Below, in pieces: positions 63,601 through 64,000 of a stretch of 64,000 nt of DNA. Under the pieces are notes generated by a model. It searched no databases. It worked only from the letters and a program-made list of their open reading frames with translations, and was not told the DNA's origin. Location: contig CP075496.1 of the NCBI GenBank assembly GCA_021613535.1, forward strand, positions 11,904,001 through 11,968,000. Reading direction: 5' to 3'. Each line of letters begins with the position of its first letter. The stretch's first letter is position 1. The position numbers were made by a program, and so were the translations under genes. The DNA is from Adineta vaga. Lineage: Eukaryota > Animalia > Rotifera.

Positions 63601-63977
63601 ATGATGGGCGCTACATAAAAATAATAACAACAATTAACAAAATGAAATATTCATACAGATGAACAACTTACTGCATGACACCATTGTTTAACGAGTAATT
63701 CTTTAACATGCATAACCGATGCATCTGGTGGTATACGAATAAATTCTGCTCGAGTAGACTTATTGTCAGGGACTTCAGAAAAAGGAAAAATCACATGAAA
63801 AAAAAAGGGTAATTTTATATAAAATTTATCCTTCTCACAAGTAACTGTGCCATGTGATTTCACACCAATCGATGTATACAATTGATTACTAACAGGTCGA
63901 CCGTGTGCTGGTACAAAGGTGGATATAAGTTTGTTCACATTATCGATAAGTAATGTTGAATTTGGTGCAGCTGTCAT
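57661..63977 (-). CDS. TRPM: TRPM (melastatin) cation channel, multi-exon, no C-terminal enzyme domain seen
   Basis: SLOG/MHR region [58 protein letters not shown]; [14 protein letters not shown]; ELFIWSV; NKLDV; LGPKLVMIG; [10 protein letters not shown]; TRP box IWKFQRY; RPSLPPPF. Stop TAG at 57661-57663. The 5' start is tentative. Confidence 0.93.
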
Positions 63978-64000
63978 TGTCGAAATATGTATGCGTATGC

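Overview
AT-rich (~30% GC by eye) eukaryotic, metazoan DNA with many short GT-AG introns (typically ~50-65 nt). Conserved animal genes are mixed with intronless, bacterial/fungal-looking enzyme genes, a combination most consistent with a bdelloid rotifer (inference). About 25 protein genes were reconstructed by manual splicing: GPR158-like ectodomain protein (partial), NDUFS2, TRC8/RNF145-like RING ligase, aveugle-like SAM protein (absent from the ORF track), USP12/46, somatostatin/allatostatin-C-type GPCR, Fos-like bZIP, xenopsin-like opsin, FN3/repeat protein, AMACR, SDHD, CARS2, SPOP, HP1, secreted 3xEGF protein, Kelch-cytochrome b561 fusion, FAD monooxygenase, single-pass membrane protein, MRPL37, WDR61, peptide deformylase, PLP fold-III D-amino-acid deaminase, RNF7/RBX2 and TRPM. 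There is also a solitary 5S rRNA gene, a JNK pseudogene and a probable LRR relic. Most notable: (1) a signal peptide + Kelch propeller + cytochrome b561 architecture with all four heme His; (2) a head-to-head pair of intronless foreign-type genes (atypical peptide deformylase and D-amino-acid deaminase) sharing a spacer with a perfect 16-bp inverted repeat; (3) a Fos-like gene whose acidic tail is in the +1 frame; (4) an identically spaced inverted CCAAT pair at two bidirectional promoters; (5) operon-like tandem packing with 3' acceptors just upstream of start codons. Exon boundaries and family calls were made by eye with no database searches.
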